The notes: generated from the sequence alone by a model not told the origin. Counted from the stretch's first letter, positions 27,807 through 38,073 are shown. The stretch: DNA of 64,000 nucleotides from a bacterium (GCA_021846045.1 JAJZCM010000002.1:16585-80584); one strand, 5' to 3'. Numbers and translations are program-made.

Positions 27807-29049
27807 TGCCTTGGAAATTCGCCGGGATTTCCCGATTCTTTTCCGCCAGGTGCATGGCAAACCCCTCGTTTATTTTGATAACGCGGCGACGACTCAGAAG
27901 CCGAAGTCTCTCATTGCCGCCCTAGGTTCTTTCTATGAGAATCATAACGGGAATATCCACCGTGGGGCCCATACCTTGTCGGATGAAGCGACGACCCTTG
28001 TGGAAGAAGCGCGCCAAAAAACCGCAGATTTTATCAATGCCCCGAAGCCGGAAACGATTATCTTTACCCGCAATGCGACCGAGGCAATTAACTTAGTCAC
28101 CCATTCTTGGGGCCGAAAATTTCTTAGGCCTGGAGATGAAATCATTCTCACGGAATTGGAACACCATTCAAATCTAGTTCCTTGGCAGATTCTGGCCAAG
28201 GAAAAATCAGTCAAGCTCCGTTTTATTCCGATCGGCGCTGATGGGGATTTGGATTTGGTCGAAGCGAGGAAACTCTTTTCCGAAAAAACCAAACTCGTTT
28301 CCTTTACCGCGGCTTCCAATGTTTTGGGAACGCTTCCCCCGGTAGAGGAGATTATTAGCCTAGCGAAAAAAAATGGGGCCAAGACCTTGGTGGACGCCTC
28401 TCAATGGACCCCGCATTTTAAAACCGATGTCAGGGCGTGGGACCCGGACTTTCTGGTTTTTTCCGCCCACAAGATGCTGGGACCGACAGGCCTAGGCGTT
28501 CTTTATGGACGGGAGAGTTTGCTTGAGGAGATGGACCCTTTTTTGGGCGGCGGAGACATGATTGAGACAGTCGAGCTTGAGACCTTTACTCCGAACGTTT
28601 TGCCCGCGAAATTCGAAGCGGGAACCCCGGCGATAGCTGAGGCCGCTGTTTTTCCTGAGGCTTTAAAATATCTATCTAAAATTGGTTTTTCCGCAATTGA
28701 CGAGCAGGAGCAAACGCTTTTAAAAAGAGCTCTTGAGATTTTAAAAAATGAACCGGAAGTCGATATCTACGGGTCTCTCTTGCCTCAAAACCGCGGCGGG
28801 GTGATTTCATTTAATTTAAAAGGTCTTCATCCCCATGATGTGGGAACCGCTTTGGACTTGGAAGGAGTGGCGGTCAGGACCGGACATCATTGTTGCCAGC
28901 CGTTGATGCGCCGCCTAGGCGTTGGCGGAACGGTGCGCGCCAGTTTCTATTTTTACAATACGATTGATGAGGTTGAGGTTTTTGGACGGGCGCTTCGAAA
29001 AACCATCGCATTTTTTAAGCCCAAATTGAAAACAGCGGGAGCCAAATAA
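27796..29049 (+). CDS. sufS: cysteine desulfurase SufS
   Basis: YFDNAATTQKP N-terminus, PLP Lys (SAHKMLGPTG), active Cys (RTGHHCCQP). Confidence 0.9.
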   Translation: MGFDALEIRRDFPILFRQVHGKPLVYFDNAATTQKPKSLIAALGSFYENHNGNIHRGAHTLSDEATTLVEEARQKTADFINAPKPETIIFTRNATEAINLVTHSWGRKFLRPGDEIILTELEHHSNLVPWQILAKEKSVKLRFIPIGADGDLDLVEARKLFSEKTKLVSFTAASNVLGTLPPVEEIISLAKKNGAKTLVDASQWTPHFKTDVRAWDPDFLVFSAHKMLGPTGLGVLYGRESLLEEMDPFLGGGDMIETVELETFTPNVLPAKFEAGTPAIAEAAVFPEALKYLSKIGFSAIDEQEQTLLKRALEILKNEPEVDIYGSLLPQNRGGVISFNLKGLHPHDVGTALDLEGVAVRTGHHCCQPLMRRLGVGGTVRASFYFYNTIDEVEVFGRALRKTIAFFKPKLKTAGAK

Positions 29050-29504
29050 TGGAAGGCGACCAAGAACTTAAAGAGCTTTATCAGGATGTTCTGCTTGATT
29101 ATTCTCAGAGCGGAGTCCATAAAGGGGCAATCGAGGACGCCGACTTCCATTCTCATGGAATCAATCCCGTTTGCGGGGATGAAATCGAGATTACGATGAA
29201 AACCGGAAACTCCGGCGGCGTGATTGAAAAAATTCGCTACAGCGGTCATGGTTGCGTCATCAGTCAAGCTTCTTCCGCGATGATGGCGGAATGCTTGGAA
29301 GGTAAAACTTCAAAACAGGCCCGCGAGTTGGTTTTGTCTTTTAAGGACATGATGCTTTCCAAAACGCCTCTTGAAGCATTACCCCCGGAACTTTCGGTGA
29401 TGAAAGCCCTGGAAGGCGTCAGAAAATTTCCTCTTCGCGTGAAATGCGCGACGTTGGCCTGGAATACGATTCAAAAGAGTTTTCCGGAGGAGAGAACCGC
29501 GTGA
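29049..29504 (+). CDS. sufU: SufU/IscU-like Fe-S/sulfur-transfer scaffold
   Basis: NPVCGDEIEI and SGHGCVISQASSAMM motifs. Confidence 0.8.
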   Translation: MEGDQELKELYQDVLLDYSQSGVHKGAIEDADFHSHGINPVCGDEIEITMKTGNSGGVIEKIRYSGHGCVISQASSAMMAECLEGKTSKQARELVLSFKDMMLSKTPLEALPPELSVMKALEGVRKFPLRVKCATLAWNTIQKSFPEERTA

Positions 29505-29830
29505 GCGAATTAACGAAGGAAATAACCTTTAAAGAAATCGGGGAAGCCTTGCGCCCGGTTTTTGATCCCGAAATCCATATGAGCATCGTGGATTTAGGCC
29601 TTATTTACGGCGCTGAAATTCGTAGAGGAGAAACGCCGATGGTGAAAGTATACATGAGCTTGACTTCTCCCGCATGTCCTTACGGGCCGATGCTTCTTTC
29701 TTCCGCCCACGGTTCCTTGGCTAAGATCGTTGGAATGGAGGAAGTTGATATCGATTTGGTTTTCGATCCACCCTGGGATCCGAAGACGATGGCCAGTGAA
29801 GAGGCAAAAGAGCAATTGGGGTTATTCTAA
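29501..29830 (+). CDS. DUF59/MIP18-family Fe-S assembly protein (SufT-like)
   Basis: GTG start overlaps the sufU stop (GTGA). MSIVDLGLIYG and TSPACPYGP motifs. Confidence 0.6.
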   Translation: MSELTKEITFKEIGEALRPVFDPEIHMSIVDLGLIYGAEIRRGETPMVKVYMSLTSPACPYGPMLLSSAHGSLAKIVGMEEVDIDLVFDPPWDPKTMASEEAKEQLGLF

Positions 29831-29842
29831 AGAGAGGGACTA

Positions 29843-30304
29843 ATGAAAATTACAAGTTCGATTGAATACGCGACGCGCCTGATCGTCGCTTTGGGGAAAT
29901 TCTACGGAGGAAAATCCCTCGCTTCGAAGAAGCTCGCGGAAATTGAGAATATTCCGGCGGATTTCGTCGATCAAATTCTTATGCACTTGCGCCGGGCGGG
30001 CTTGGTAGAAAGCCGTAGAGGCGCCGGAGGGGGATACGTTCTTTCTCGTCCTCCATCTGAAATCAAGCTGGGAGATGTCTTGCGCGGAATGAATGGGCGG
30101 ATTCTCGATGATGTGTGTGAAAAATATCAATCCGGCGAAAGGGAATGCCGCCGTCAAGGCTCTTGCAAGATTTCTCCGGTGTGGAGAAACCTTGGAAATC
30201 TGATTGAGAACTATCTCGATTCGGTGACGATCGAGCAGTTGATTGGAGAAAAACCCCCCTGTGTTCAATCCGCTCAATTGCCGACGGCGGAGATGGCTGG
30301 ATGA
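29843..30304 (+). CDS. Rrf2-family transcriptional regulator (IscR/SufR-like)
   Basis: MKITSSIEYATRLIVAL winged-helix N-terminus. Clustered C-terminal Cys residues. Confidence 0.75.
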   Translation: MKITSSIEYATRLIVALGKFYGGKSLASKKLAEIENIPADFVDQILMHLRRAGLVESRRGAGGGYVLSRPPSEIKLGDVLRGMNGRILDDVCEKYQSGERECRRQGSCKISPVWRNLGNLIENYLDSVTIEQLIGEKPPCVQSAQLPTAEMAG

Positions 30305-30540
30305 ATCTAAACGATCGCGTTTTAAGGGGTTTGGATAAAATACGCCCTTATATTGAAATGGACGGCGGAGGCGTGTCCTTGGTTGACATCAGCGAAGCGC
30401 GGGGGGTTGTTCGCGTGTCGCTTAAAGGGGCTTGCTGCGGTTGCCCGAGCGCACAGGCGACTTTAAAGGGCGGAGTTGAGAGAGCGGTCAAAGCCGAGGC
30501 GCCGGAAATCAAAGAAGTCATTCTGGCGAACAAGTTCTGA
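30301..30540 (+). CDS. NifU-like (Nfu-type) Fe-S carrier domain protein
   Basis: KGACCGCPSAQATLKGGVE CxxC motif. 79 aa. Confidence 0.75.
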   Translation: MNLNDRVLRGLDKIRPYIEMDGGGVSLVDISEARGVVRVSLKGACCGCPSAQATLKGGVERAVKAEAPEIKEVILANKF

Positions 30541-30599
30541 AGAAAATAGATTTCCATACCCATTCCCATTATTCCGATGGGACTTCAAGCCCGGAAAAT

Positions 30600-31364
30600 T
30601 TGGCTCTTCGCGCTTCGACCGCCGGTCTTGAGCTTTTGATTTTAACCGATCACGACAGCGTGGCAGGGTTTCCCGAGCTTTTGGAAGCGGCCAAGGCCCG
30701 CCAAGCGCCCGTTTCCTGTGGGATCGAAATCAACACTGCCGATTCCGGCGTTCATATTTTGGGATATGGCTTTGAGTGGGATTCTCCATCGTTGATGAAA
30801 ATATTGGCGGATTTCCGCGCGCGAAGGCTGATGCGGGTTGAGAAAATGGTCGACAAACTCAAATCTCTGGGGTTTCCGATTAATTTGGACGACGTGGGGA
30901 GAGTATCCAAGGAAAGTTTGGGGCGCCCCCATATCGCGGATGCTTTGATTAAAAAAGGCGTCGTTAAAAGCCGAAAGGAGGCTTTTGATCGCTGGTTGAG
31001 CGGGGGAAAGCCCGGTTACGTCGAGTCCTTGGGGCCGTCTCCGAAAGAGGCGATAGAACTCATCAGGCGTTTCGGAGGCTTTGCCTCCTTGGCCCATCCT
31101 CATATCATCAAGAATCCCGAGAGAATTCCGGAATGGGTTGAAGCGGGGCTTGAAGGCCTTGAGGGCTATTACGCGGATTTAAATCATCCTCAAAAATGGC
31201 GGGATTTGGCTCAGTCAAAAAACCTGCTTTTGACCGGTGGAAGCGATTTCCACGGGCCGGGCAGCGGACGGGATAAAATTTTCGGCGTTCAAATTCCGGA
31301 TGAAATCTATCAAGCGTTTTTGGACCGGCTTTTAAGGTGTTCTCATGGAATTTATCGCGCATAG
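30600..31364 (+). CDS. PHP-domain metal-dependent phosphoesterase (TrpH/YciV-like). True start probably upstream.
   Basis: PHP-family motifs in the body. The in-frame upstream sequence encodes KIDFHTHSHYSDG (the N-terminal HxH metal motif) at 30543-30581 but has no ATG/GTG/TTG. Confidence 0.6.
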   Translation: MALRASTAGLELLILTDHDSVAGFPELLEAAKARQAPVSCGIEINTADSGVHILGYGFEWDSPSLMKILADFRARRLMRVEKMVDKLKSLGFPINLDDVGRVSKESLGRPHIADALIKKGVVKSRKEAFDRWLSGGKPGYVESLGPSPKEAIELIRRFGGFASLAHPHIIKNPERIPEWVEAGLEGLEGYYADLNHPQKWRDLAQSKNLLLTGGSDFHGPGSGRDKIFGVQIPDEIYQAFLDRLLRCSHGIYRA

Positions 31365-32055
31365 GGGGGCCAGCGCCCACGCGCCGGAAAACACTCTAGC
31401 CTCTTTTAAGAAGGCCTTGGAGATGAAGGCGAAAGCCATCGAACTTGATATCGCCGAAAGTCGGGATGGCCGCTTGGTGGTCATCCATGATGACGATCTC
31501 AAAAGAGTCGCCAAAATGCCGGGACGGGTTGAGACCTACACTGCGGCGCGGATGAAAAAGATTGACGTAGGATCTTGGTTTTCAAAAGAATATGCGGGCG
31601 AAGGCATTCCAACCTTGGAGGAGGTTTTTAAACTGGTGGGGCAAATGGCGGAAATCAACGTTGAAATGAAGGGCGGGTGCCGAATTTATCCTAAAATAGA
31701 GGAGAAGCTTTGCCGCTTGTTGAAAAAACAGGCCGCTCAATCCCGGTTTTTAATTTCCAGCTTCGATCATGAGGCCCTGTTTCATTTCAGAGCCTTAGAC
31801 GGAGATGCGCGCATTGGGTATCTTTTAGGGAGAACCTCGAAATCGAGAGCATTTAGGGAGATGGCGGAATTGAAGGCGGAAAGCCTTAATTTGAGCGCGC
31901 GGCAGGTCAATGCTCGAATTGTTTCCGAGGCCCATTCAAAGGGGTTTAAAGTTTTGGTGTATACGGTTAATAAAATTAAAGAGGCAAGAAGTCTTGAAAA
32001 GATAGGGGTGGACGGAATTTTTACTAATTTCCCGGAAATGAAAAATGACTTTTAA
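31345..32055 (+). CDS. glycerophosphodiester phosphodiesterase
   Basis: MEFIAHRGAS...ENTLASF...IELDI: GDPD catalytic motifs. Confidence 0.8.
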   Translation: MEFIAHRGASAHAPENTLASFKKALEMKAKAIELDIAESRDGRLVVIHDDDLKRVAKMPGRVETYTAARMKKIDVGSWFSKEYAGEGIPTLEEVFKLVGQMAEINVEMKGGCRIYPKIEEKLCRLLKKQAAQSRFLISSFDHEALFHFRALDGDARIGYLLGRTSKSRAFREMAELKAESLNLSARQVNARIVSEAHSKGFKVLVYTVNKIKEARSLEKIGVDGIFTNFPEMKNDF

Positions 32056-33109
32056 AACCGCTTCAAAATCTTCCGAACCGACGGAGAAAGACATTGAGCT
32101 TGAGGCCGAACGACTTTTTGGAAAAGGTCTTGGCGATTTAGGCTATTCCGAGGATGATTTGCGCCGTTGCGCCGGTCTCACCTGGAAAATTAACGCTCTC
32201 AAACAGGAAAAGCGCGCCGTCATCCCCGCCCATGTGTATCAGCGGGCCGAAATACTCCACGGAGTGGCTGATTTCATCGGAGATTCCTACAAACTGGCCC
32301 GCCTATGCCAAGAGAGTCGGGCTGAACGCATTATTTTTTGCGGCGTGCGCTTCATGGCCGAGACCGCGAAGATTTTAAACCCGGAAAAAGAGGTGATTTT
32401 GCCGGCCCCCCAGGCGGGGTGTTCTCTTTCCGAAAGCATTGCCGGTCAAGACGTCCTTAAATTGCGCGCGGAACACCCCGGGGCTCCGGTCGCGACCTAC
32501 ATTAACACTTCCGCCGAGGTCAAAGCCGAGTCGGATGTGATCGTCACCAGCGCCAACGCCCCCAAGATTCTTTCCAAGCTGTTTGAGACCCATGAAAAAG
32601 TCATCTTTTTGCCGGATGAAATGATGGGAAAAAATTTAGCGAAAGCCCTGGGTAAAAAAATTGGGACCGATCTGATTCTTTGGAAGGGCAGCTGCATCGT
32701 CCATGAAAATTTCGACGCTTCCTCCATTGAATATTACCGGAAGATTTATCCCGGAGTCAGGATTTTAGCCCATTCGGAATGCAGCCCCGGATTGGTTTCC
32801 TTGGCTGATTTGGTCGGCGGAACCGGAGACATGATGCGCTATGTTGAAAAAACCAAGGCTCCGTATTATATGCTGATCACCGAATGCGGGCTCGGAGATT
32901 TGGCGCGGACTGAATTTCCGGACAAGGTTTTCGTGCCCATGTGCCGCCTTTGCCCCCACATGAGGGCGACGGATTTAAAGTCGGTTTTAAGGGCTCTTGA
33001 AAATCCTCAGTCCTCTAGCATCATCAAGGTTTCTAAGGAAATCGCCGAACGCGCCAAGAACCCGATTGAAAAGATGTTTGAAATGTCCGAGGACTCGGTT
33101 TCGCGCTGA
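32045..33109 (+). CDS. nadA: quinolinate synthase
   Basis: Three Cys ligands in NadA-typical contexts (GCSLSES, HSECSP, MCRLCPHM). FCGVRFMAETAKIL motif. Confidence 0.8.
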   Translation: MTFKTASKSSEPTEKDIELEAERLFGKGLGDLGYSEDDLRRCAGLTWKINALKQEKRAVIPAHVYQRAEILHGVADFIGDSYKLARLCQESRAERIIFCGVRFMAETAKILNPEKEVILPAPQAGCSLSESIAGQDVLKLRAEHPGAPVATYINTSAEVKAESDVIVTSANAPKILSKLFETHEKVIFLPDEMMGKNLAKALGKKIGTDLILWKGSCIVHENFDASSIEYYRKIYPGVRILAHSECSPGLVSLADLVGGTGDMMRYVEKTKAPYYMLITECGLGDLARTEFPDKVFVPMCRLCPHMRATDLKSVLRALENPQSSSIIKVSKEIAERAKNPIEKMFEMSEDSVSR

Positions 33110-34341
33110 TGGGAAGCGGCGGGTGGGGCGGTTCCGCGGGGACGTCAAAACCGGTTTCGGGTTTCGACGTCGCTATTTTTCCGCGCGCCCTTGAGGGGTT
33201 GCGGTCGCATTCCACCGCGAAAGAAAGTCTTGATTTAAGGGCTTTGCATCTTTTTCTCTATGCCGTGTCCGAGAAACAAGACATGGACCTCCAGAGGCTT
33301 CTGGAAAAAAAACTTTCTCTACTCTCCGGCCAAATACTCGGTCCCGAATTCCTAGCTTCCTTGGCGGGAGGGGATTTGTTTTCTCAAGTCGCCGCGGCGG
33401 CCAAGCTTTTATTTGACGCCTTTTCTGTTTTGAGACTCGATCATCTTCGGGAATCCGGCTTTAAGCTCATTGATTTTCTGGATGGTTTTTATGACGAAAA
33501 ATTGGGAGCTTTTGTCGATCCAAAAAAAACAGGGGCGGCTTTTGCTTTTCAAAATGCCGTGGGGGCCCGAGCTTTTTTGTCGGCCTATCCGCATCTTCAA
33601 AACCCTCAGATTCGAGACAAGGCCGGAAATGCGCTTAACTTTATTCGGGAAAAACTCTACGATCCGCTTTTGGGGCTCATCAACCGCTTTCCTCCGGAAT
33701 CGGAAACCTTGGAATACGGGCGCTTGGCGGACTGCGCCGTGTCCATTCTTGCTTTGACCGACGCTTATCTTCAGAGCGGAGATAAAAGCTATCGGGATTT
33801 CGCCGATATCTTGGCCAAGTATTTGCTCCAAGATCTTTGGGATAGGGAAAAAGGCGGTTTTTTGCCTCATTCTAGGGCGGAGCCTTCGCAAGAAAAAGTT
33901 TCCAAAGAGACGCTTTCAAGCAATGCGGCGGCTTTCGAGGCCTTGTGGCGGTTGGGATATCTTAAGGGGCAAAACGCCTATTTTAAATGGGCGGATTTGG
34001 GGCTTCACCGGTTCTTGGATGAAAAAAATCCAGAGGCGGAGGCCTCTTTCGCCCATATTTTAGACATGCGATCGCGTGGGCGAATCGAGCTTGAGATCGT
34101 CGGCCGCGCGGAGGAAGAAGTTTCTCAAAGGATGCTTGAGACGCTCGCTACTTTGTACGCGCCGCGGAAAATTATTTCCTTCATTAATCCCGATGACCAG
34201 GACTATATCTTGGCCCACGGGCTTGACGCCGAGTCCTATCCGCGCCTCTTTGGTTGCGTAAATCTCAAGCGCTGCGCCGATACCCCGAACTCCGACCGCG
34301 AATCCGTTTCCCGTGTTCTCAACGCCGCCTGGCGCTGTTAG
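33109..34341 (+). CDS. hypothetical protein resembling the C-terminal (alpha/alpha)6-barrel half of DUF255/YyaL thioredoxin-domain proteins
   Basis: Long helical repeats with conserved G.F / Y...A motifs. No N-terminal thioredoxin part. Weak call. Confidence 0.3.
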   Translation: MGSGGWGGSAGTSKPVSGFDVAIFPRALEGLRSHSTAKESLDLRALHLFLYAVSEKQDMDLQRLLEKKLSLLSGQILGPEFLASLAGGDLFSQVAAAAKLLFDAFSVLRLDHLRESGFKLIDFLDGFYDEKLGAFVDPKKTGAAFAFQNAVGARAFLSAYPHLQNPQIRDKAGNALNFIREKLYDPLLGLINRFPPESETLEYGRLADCAVSILALTDAYLQSGDKSYRDFADILAKYLLQDLWDREKGGFLPHSRAEPSQEKVSKETLSSNAAAFEALWRLGYLKGQNAYFKWADLGLHRFLDEKNPEAEASFAHILDMRSRGRIELEIVGRAEEEVSQRMLETLATLYAPRKIISFINPDDQDYILAHGLDAESYPRLFGCVNLKRCADTPNSDRESVSRVLNAAWRC

Positions 34342-34359
34342 AAATTGGGGCAAAAAAAC

Positions 34360-34437
34360 TGGGGTGGCTGAGGGGACTTGAACCCCCGACCTCCTGGTTC
34401 ACAGCCAGGCGCTCTAACCAGCTGAGCTACAGCCACC
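34360..34437 (-). tRNA. tRNA-His (anticodon GTG)
   Basis: The reverse complement gives G(-1)GTGGCTG acceptor, anticodon loop CTGTGAA, T-arm GGTTCAAGTCC, discriminator C and encoded CCA. Confidence 0.85.
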
Positions 34438-34499
34438 AAGATGGGTTATTATACTATTTCGCCCGAAGAGGGGCAAAAAAATAGTATATTCAAGTTAGG

Positions 34500-35210
34500 A
34501 TGGCTTTTTTAAAGAGCGAAGCGCCGAATTGCGACTGGTGTCCCAATAGGAAGACCTGCTTTTATAATTTTTTGGGGAATGCTGAGGCCAAAAAGGCTTG
34601 GCGGGACATGCGGGTCGCATCTCCTTTTAAATCCGGCGAAGTCGTTTTTCATGAAGGAACTCCCGCTCCAGGGCTTTATGTCGTCTGCAAGGGAAGCGCC
34701 AAGGTTTATAAATCCACTCGGAGCGGACAGCAATTGACGGCCCGAATCGAGCTGGCTGGAGATTTGTTGGGGCACATCACTTTGTTGGCTGACGATGGCC
34801 CTTATACCGGAACTGCCGAGGCCTTGGAGCCGAGTATTGTATCAATGATTGATTCAAAAACGTTCTTTGATTTCTTATCCAAGTTTCCGGACGCGGCGCG
34901 CGCCCTTTTGAAGGAATTGTCCAGGGATGTTCGTCGCGGGGAAAATAAGGCCCGCGATATCGCTTTTAAATCCGCCAAATCCCGCATTGCCGACACGCTC
35001 ATTAGAACCGCGCAAAAGCCAGGGAAATCCTATCCGCTTCTGATCAACATCAAAAGAAAAGATTTGGCGGAACTGGCGGGGCTGACCATGGAGACCTCGG
35101 TCCGAACCCTCCATGAGCTCGAGCTTAAAGGTCTCATTAAGCGCGAGGAAAAGAGCATTAAGATACTTAAAGAAGAAGAGCTGCGTCGCTTGGCTTCTTC
35201 CGCTTCTTAA
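34500..35210 (+). CDS. Crp/Fnr-family transcriptional regulator with N-terminal Cys cluster (FNR-like)
   Basis: N-terminal CDWCPNRKTC, cNMP-binding fold, C-terminal HTH (RKDLAELAGLTMETSVRTL). Confidence 0.75.
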   Translation: MAFLKSEAPNCDWCPNRKTCFYNFLGNAEAKKAWRDMRVASPFKSGEVVFHEGTPAPGLYVVCKGSAKVYKSTRSGQQLTARIELAGDLLGHITLLADDGPYTGTAEALEPSIVSMIDSKTFFDFLSKFPDAARALLKELSRDVRRGENKARDIAFKSAKSRIADTLIRTAQKPGKSYPLLINIKRKDLAELAGLTMETSVRTLHELELKGLIKREEKSIKILKEEELRRLASSAS

Positions 35211-35211
35211 T

Positions 35212-35838
35212 TTAGGTTCCGAAAATCCGGTCGCCCGCGTCTCCCAGGCCGGGAACGATATATCCCGATTTGTTCAAGATGGGATCAATGACCGCTGTGT
35301 GAATGGGAACATCGGGGTGGGCTTCCTGAACGCGTTTAATTCCCGTCTTCGAGGACAAAAGAGTTAAAAGGGAAATCTGTCGCGCCCCATCGGTCTTGAG
35401 AATTTGAATGGCTTCGGAGGCCGAGCCCCCGGTCGCCAGCATCGGGTCGCAGAGAACGACGAAGGATTCTGAGATTTGTTTGGGGAGCCTCACATAGTAG
35501 CGCACGGGGTTTAAAGATTCCTCGTTTCGGTAAAGGCCGATATGGCCTATTTGAGCGTTGGGAACGATTCCACTCACGCCGTCAACCATCCCGAGCCCCG
35601 CGCGCAAAATGGCGACCAGGGCGATTTCTTGATCAATATATTCAGCCTGCGCGCTTTTAAGTGGAGTTTGAACTAGGGACCTCCGAGTCCTGAGGCCTTT
35701 AAAAATATCATAAGCCATCAAGCCTGAAACTTCTCCCAGGATGCGGCGAAAATCTTCAGGGTGGGTTCTTTTGTCTCTCAGGGCCGAGAGTTTGTCTTGA
35801 ACCAAGGGGTGATTTGAGACGGTTACTTTCGCGGGCAT
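35212..35838 (-). CDS. upp: uracil phosphoribosyltransferase
   Basis: 208 aa with VLCDPMLATGGS PRPP-binding motif and YIVPGLGDAGDRIFGT C-terminus. Confidence 0.9.
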   Translation of the reverse strand: MPAKVTVSNHPLVQDKLSALRDKRTHPEDFRRILGEVSGLMAYDIFKGLRTRRSLVQTPLKSAQAEYIDQEIALVAILRAGLGMVDGVSGIVPNAQIGHIGLYRNEESLNPVRYYVRLPKQISESFVVLCDPMLATGGSASEAIQILKTDGARQISLLTLLSSKTGIKRVQEAHPDVPIHTAVIDPILNKSGYIVPGLGDAGDRIFGT

Positions 35839-35873
35839 TGTTAAGCTCCTAGGGGCTCAGCCAAATGGTCATA

Positions 35874-37193
35874 TTATTTCGTTGCGAGCCCTAATGTTTT
35901 GATGATGACCGGCTTTCCTTTAACTGTGCCAGTAGAAATTGAGAACCCTTCTTTAAATCGAGCCTCTGCCTCTTTGATTTTTTTCTCGTTGGCCGCGTAG
36001 AAATTGGCCACGGCCTCACCAGCTTTGACCGCGTCTCCGGTTTTTTTGAAAAAAATGATTCCCGCTCCGTAGTCAATGGCGTCTTCCGCGCGGCTTCGTC
36101 CGGCGCCCAATAAAATGGCCGCTTCGCCCGTTTTTCGGGCATCCATGCGGGCGATGACGCCCGATGTCGCGGCTTTAAAAAGGGTCATTTTCTTGGCCCT
36201 GGGGAGAAAAGAAGGATTTTTTAATACACGGACTTCTCCGCCTTGATGGCGGATAATCTCTTCCATCCGTTTAAGGGCGCGTCCGTTTTTAAGAAGCTTT
36301 TCCAGGGTTTCCCGGCCTTCATCGGCGCTTCGAGAGAGGCGGGCTATTTTAAGAGCCCAGCCGCCCAAGGCGAGCGTGCATTCGACAAAATCACGGGCTG
36401 AGAAATCGCCGTTGAGAACTTCGACGGCTTGTTTGACCTCAAGAGCGTTTCCAACCGCGCGCCCCAAAGGCTCTTCCATGGCGGTCAGGACCGCGACGGC
36501 TTTGAGTTTTAAGCGGCGGCTGGTTTGAATGAGGGCTTGAGCCAAGGCCTCGGCTTCCTTGGCGGTTCTAAAGATGGCGCCGGAGCCGACCTTGATGTCT
36601 AAAATAAGGCCGTCCAAATCCTCCGCCATTTTTTTTGAGAGAATGCTTGAGACGATCAGCGGCAGTGAATCCACGGTCGCGGTGGCGTCGCGCAGTTGAT
36701 AAAGTTTCCGGTCGGCGGGGGCGATGTTTTGGTTTTGACCAAAGAGGCACACGCCGATTTTTTTAATTTGAGATTCTATTTCGGATTTTGAAAATCTGAT
36801 GCGAAAGCCGGGAATGGATTCGAGCTTATCTAAGGTGCCGCCCGTATGCCCGAGGCCTCTTCCCGACATCATGGGAATGATCAGGCCGGCCTCGGCTAAA
36901 AGCGGGGCCAAAACTAGGGAAACCCCGTCTCCCACTCCGCCGGTTGAATGTTTGTCGATTTTTGGGCGCTTGAGACTTCTTAAATTAAGGGTTTCTCCGG
37001 ATTCCGACATCGCGCGGGTCAGTTCCGCGATTTCATTTTGTTCCATTCTCCGCCAGAGAACGGCCATTAGCCAAGCGGAAAGTTGATAGTCGGGAACGGC
37101 TCCGGATGCGGCGGATTCGGCGATAAAACGAAGCTCTTCTTCGGAGTGGGCTTGCCCTGATTTCTTTTTTTCGATGAGATCAATGAGTCGCAA
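35874..37193 (-). CDS. pdp: pyrimidine-nucleoside (thymidine) phosphorylase
   Basis: HSTGGVGD and GRGLGHTGGTLDKLE motifs. Confidence 0.85.
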   Translation of the reverse strand: MRLIDLIEKKKSGQAHSEEELRFIAESAASGAVPDYQLSAWLMAVLWRRMEQNEIAELTRAMSESGETLNLRSLKRPKIDKHSTGGVGDGVSLVLAPLLAEAGLIIPMMSGRGLGHTGGTLDKLESIPGFRIRFSKSEIESQIKKIGVCLFGQNQNIAPADRKLYQLRDATATVDSLPLIVSSILSKKMAEDLDGLILDIKVGSGAIFRTAKEAEALAQALIQTSRRLKLKAVAVLTAMEEPLGRAVGNALEVKQAVEVLNGDFSARDFVECTLALGGWALKIARLSRSADEGRETLEKLLKNGRALKRMEEIIRHQGGEVRVLKNPSFLPRAKKMTLFKAATSGVIARMDARKTGEAAILLGAGRSRAEDAIDYGAGIIFFKKTGDAVKAGEAVANFYAANEKKIKEAEARFKEGFSISTGTVKGKPVIIKTLGLATK

Positions 37194-38007
37194 TCAACTC
37201 CCCCAAAACTTTGCTGATGGAACTGGAAACTTTTTCGCCAAGAGACAATACTTCCTCATGGCTTAAGAGCGCGCCTTTAAGTCCGCTTCCCATGTTGGAA
37301 ACCCAGGTCAAAGCCGAGGTTTTGATTTCCATTTGAGCCGCCGCGATGACTTCCGGAACGACCGACATTCCAACGACATCTCCACCCAATTTCCTAAACG
37401 CGCGGATTTCCGTCGGGGTTTCATAGGAAGGGCCGGAGACGGCGACATAGACCCCTGTTTGCGCGCGAATTTTGAGCTTGCGACAAATCGCCAAGGCTGA
37501 TTTGCTCATCTGGGGGTCGTAAGCGCAGCTGAGATCGGGAAACATTGCTCCAAATTCCGGACTGACGAGGCTGCGGAGAGGATTTTGTCCCATTAAATTA
37601 ATGTGGTCCTTGATTACGATGACATCGCCGGGTTTTATTTTTGCGTGAAGCGCCCCCACGGCGGCGGTAATGATGAGAGAATTAATGCCCAAAGATTTAA
37701 GAACTCGAAGCGGGAATGTGACTTCAGATAAATCGTGTCCCTCGTAGTAATGAAGGCGTCCCTGCATGACGGCGACCGTTCGACCCTGATACTCCCCGAA
37801 GATAAGCCGTCCCAAATGTCCAGCTACATGGGTCTTTGGAAAGCCGGGAATGTCTTGATAGGAAATTTCACGCCGATTAGAAAATTCCGGCGTCGCTTTT
37901 GAAAGTCCGCTTCCCAGAATAATTCCAGTTTGAGGTTTGAAGGCGGTCTGTTTTCGGATAAATTTGGCCGCTTCCTCAATCATCTCCAGATGAATCCGAG
38001 TATTCAT
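37180..38007 (-). CDS. punA: purine nucleoside phosphorylase (PNP/MTAP family)
   Basis: ILGSGLS and VGMSVVPEVI motifs. 14-nt overlap with pdp. Confidence 0.8.
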   Translation of the reverse strand: MNTRIHLEMIEEAAKFIRKQTAFKPQTGIILGSGLSKATPEFSNRREISYQDIPGFPKTHVAGHLGRLIFGEYQGRTVAVMQGRLHYYEGHDLSEVTFPLRVLKSLGINSLIITAAVGALHAKIKPGDVIVIKDHINLMGQNPLRSLVSPEFGAMFPDLSCAYDPQMSKSALAICRKLKIRAQTGVYVAVSGPSYETPTEIRAFRKLGGDVVGMSVVPEVIAAAQMEIKTSALTWVSNMGSGLKGALLSHEEVLSLGEKVSSSISKVLGELIATH

Positions 38008-38073
38008 TTCGTACTGGATTTTAGCACATCCGGCGCCAGGTGCGCCGTTTTCCCGAAGAGAGGCTCAGAAAAT

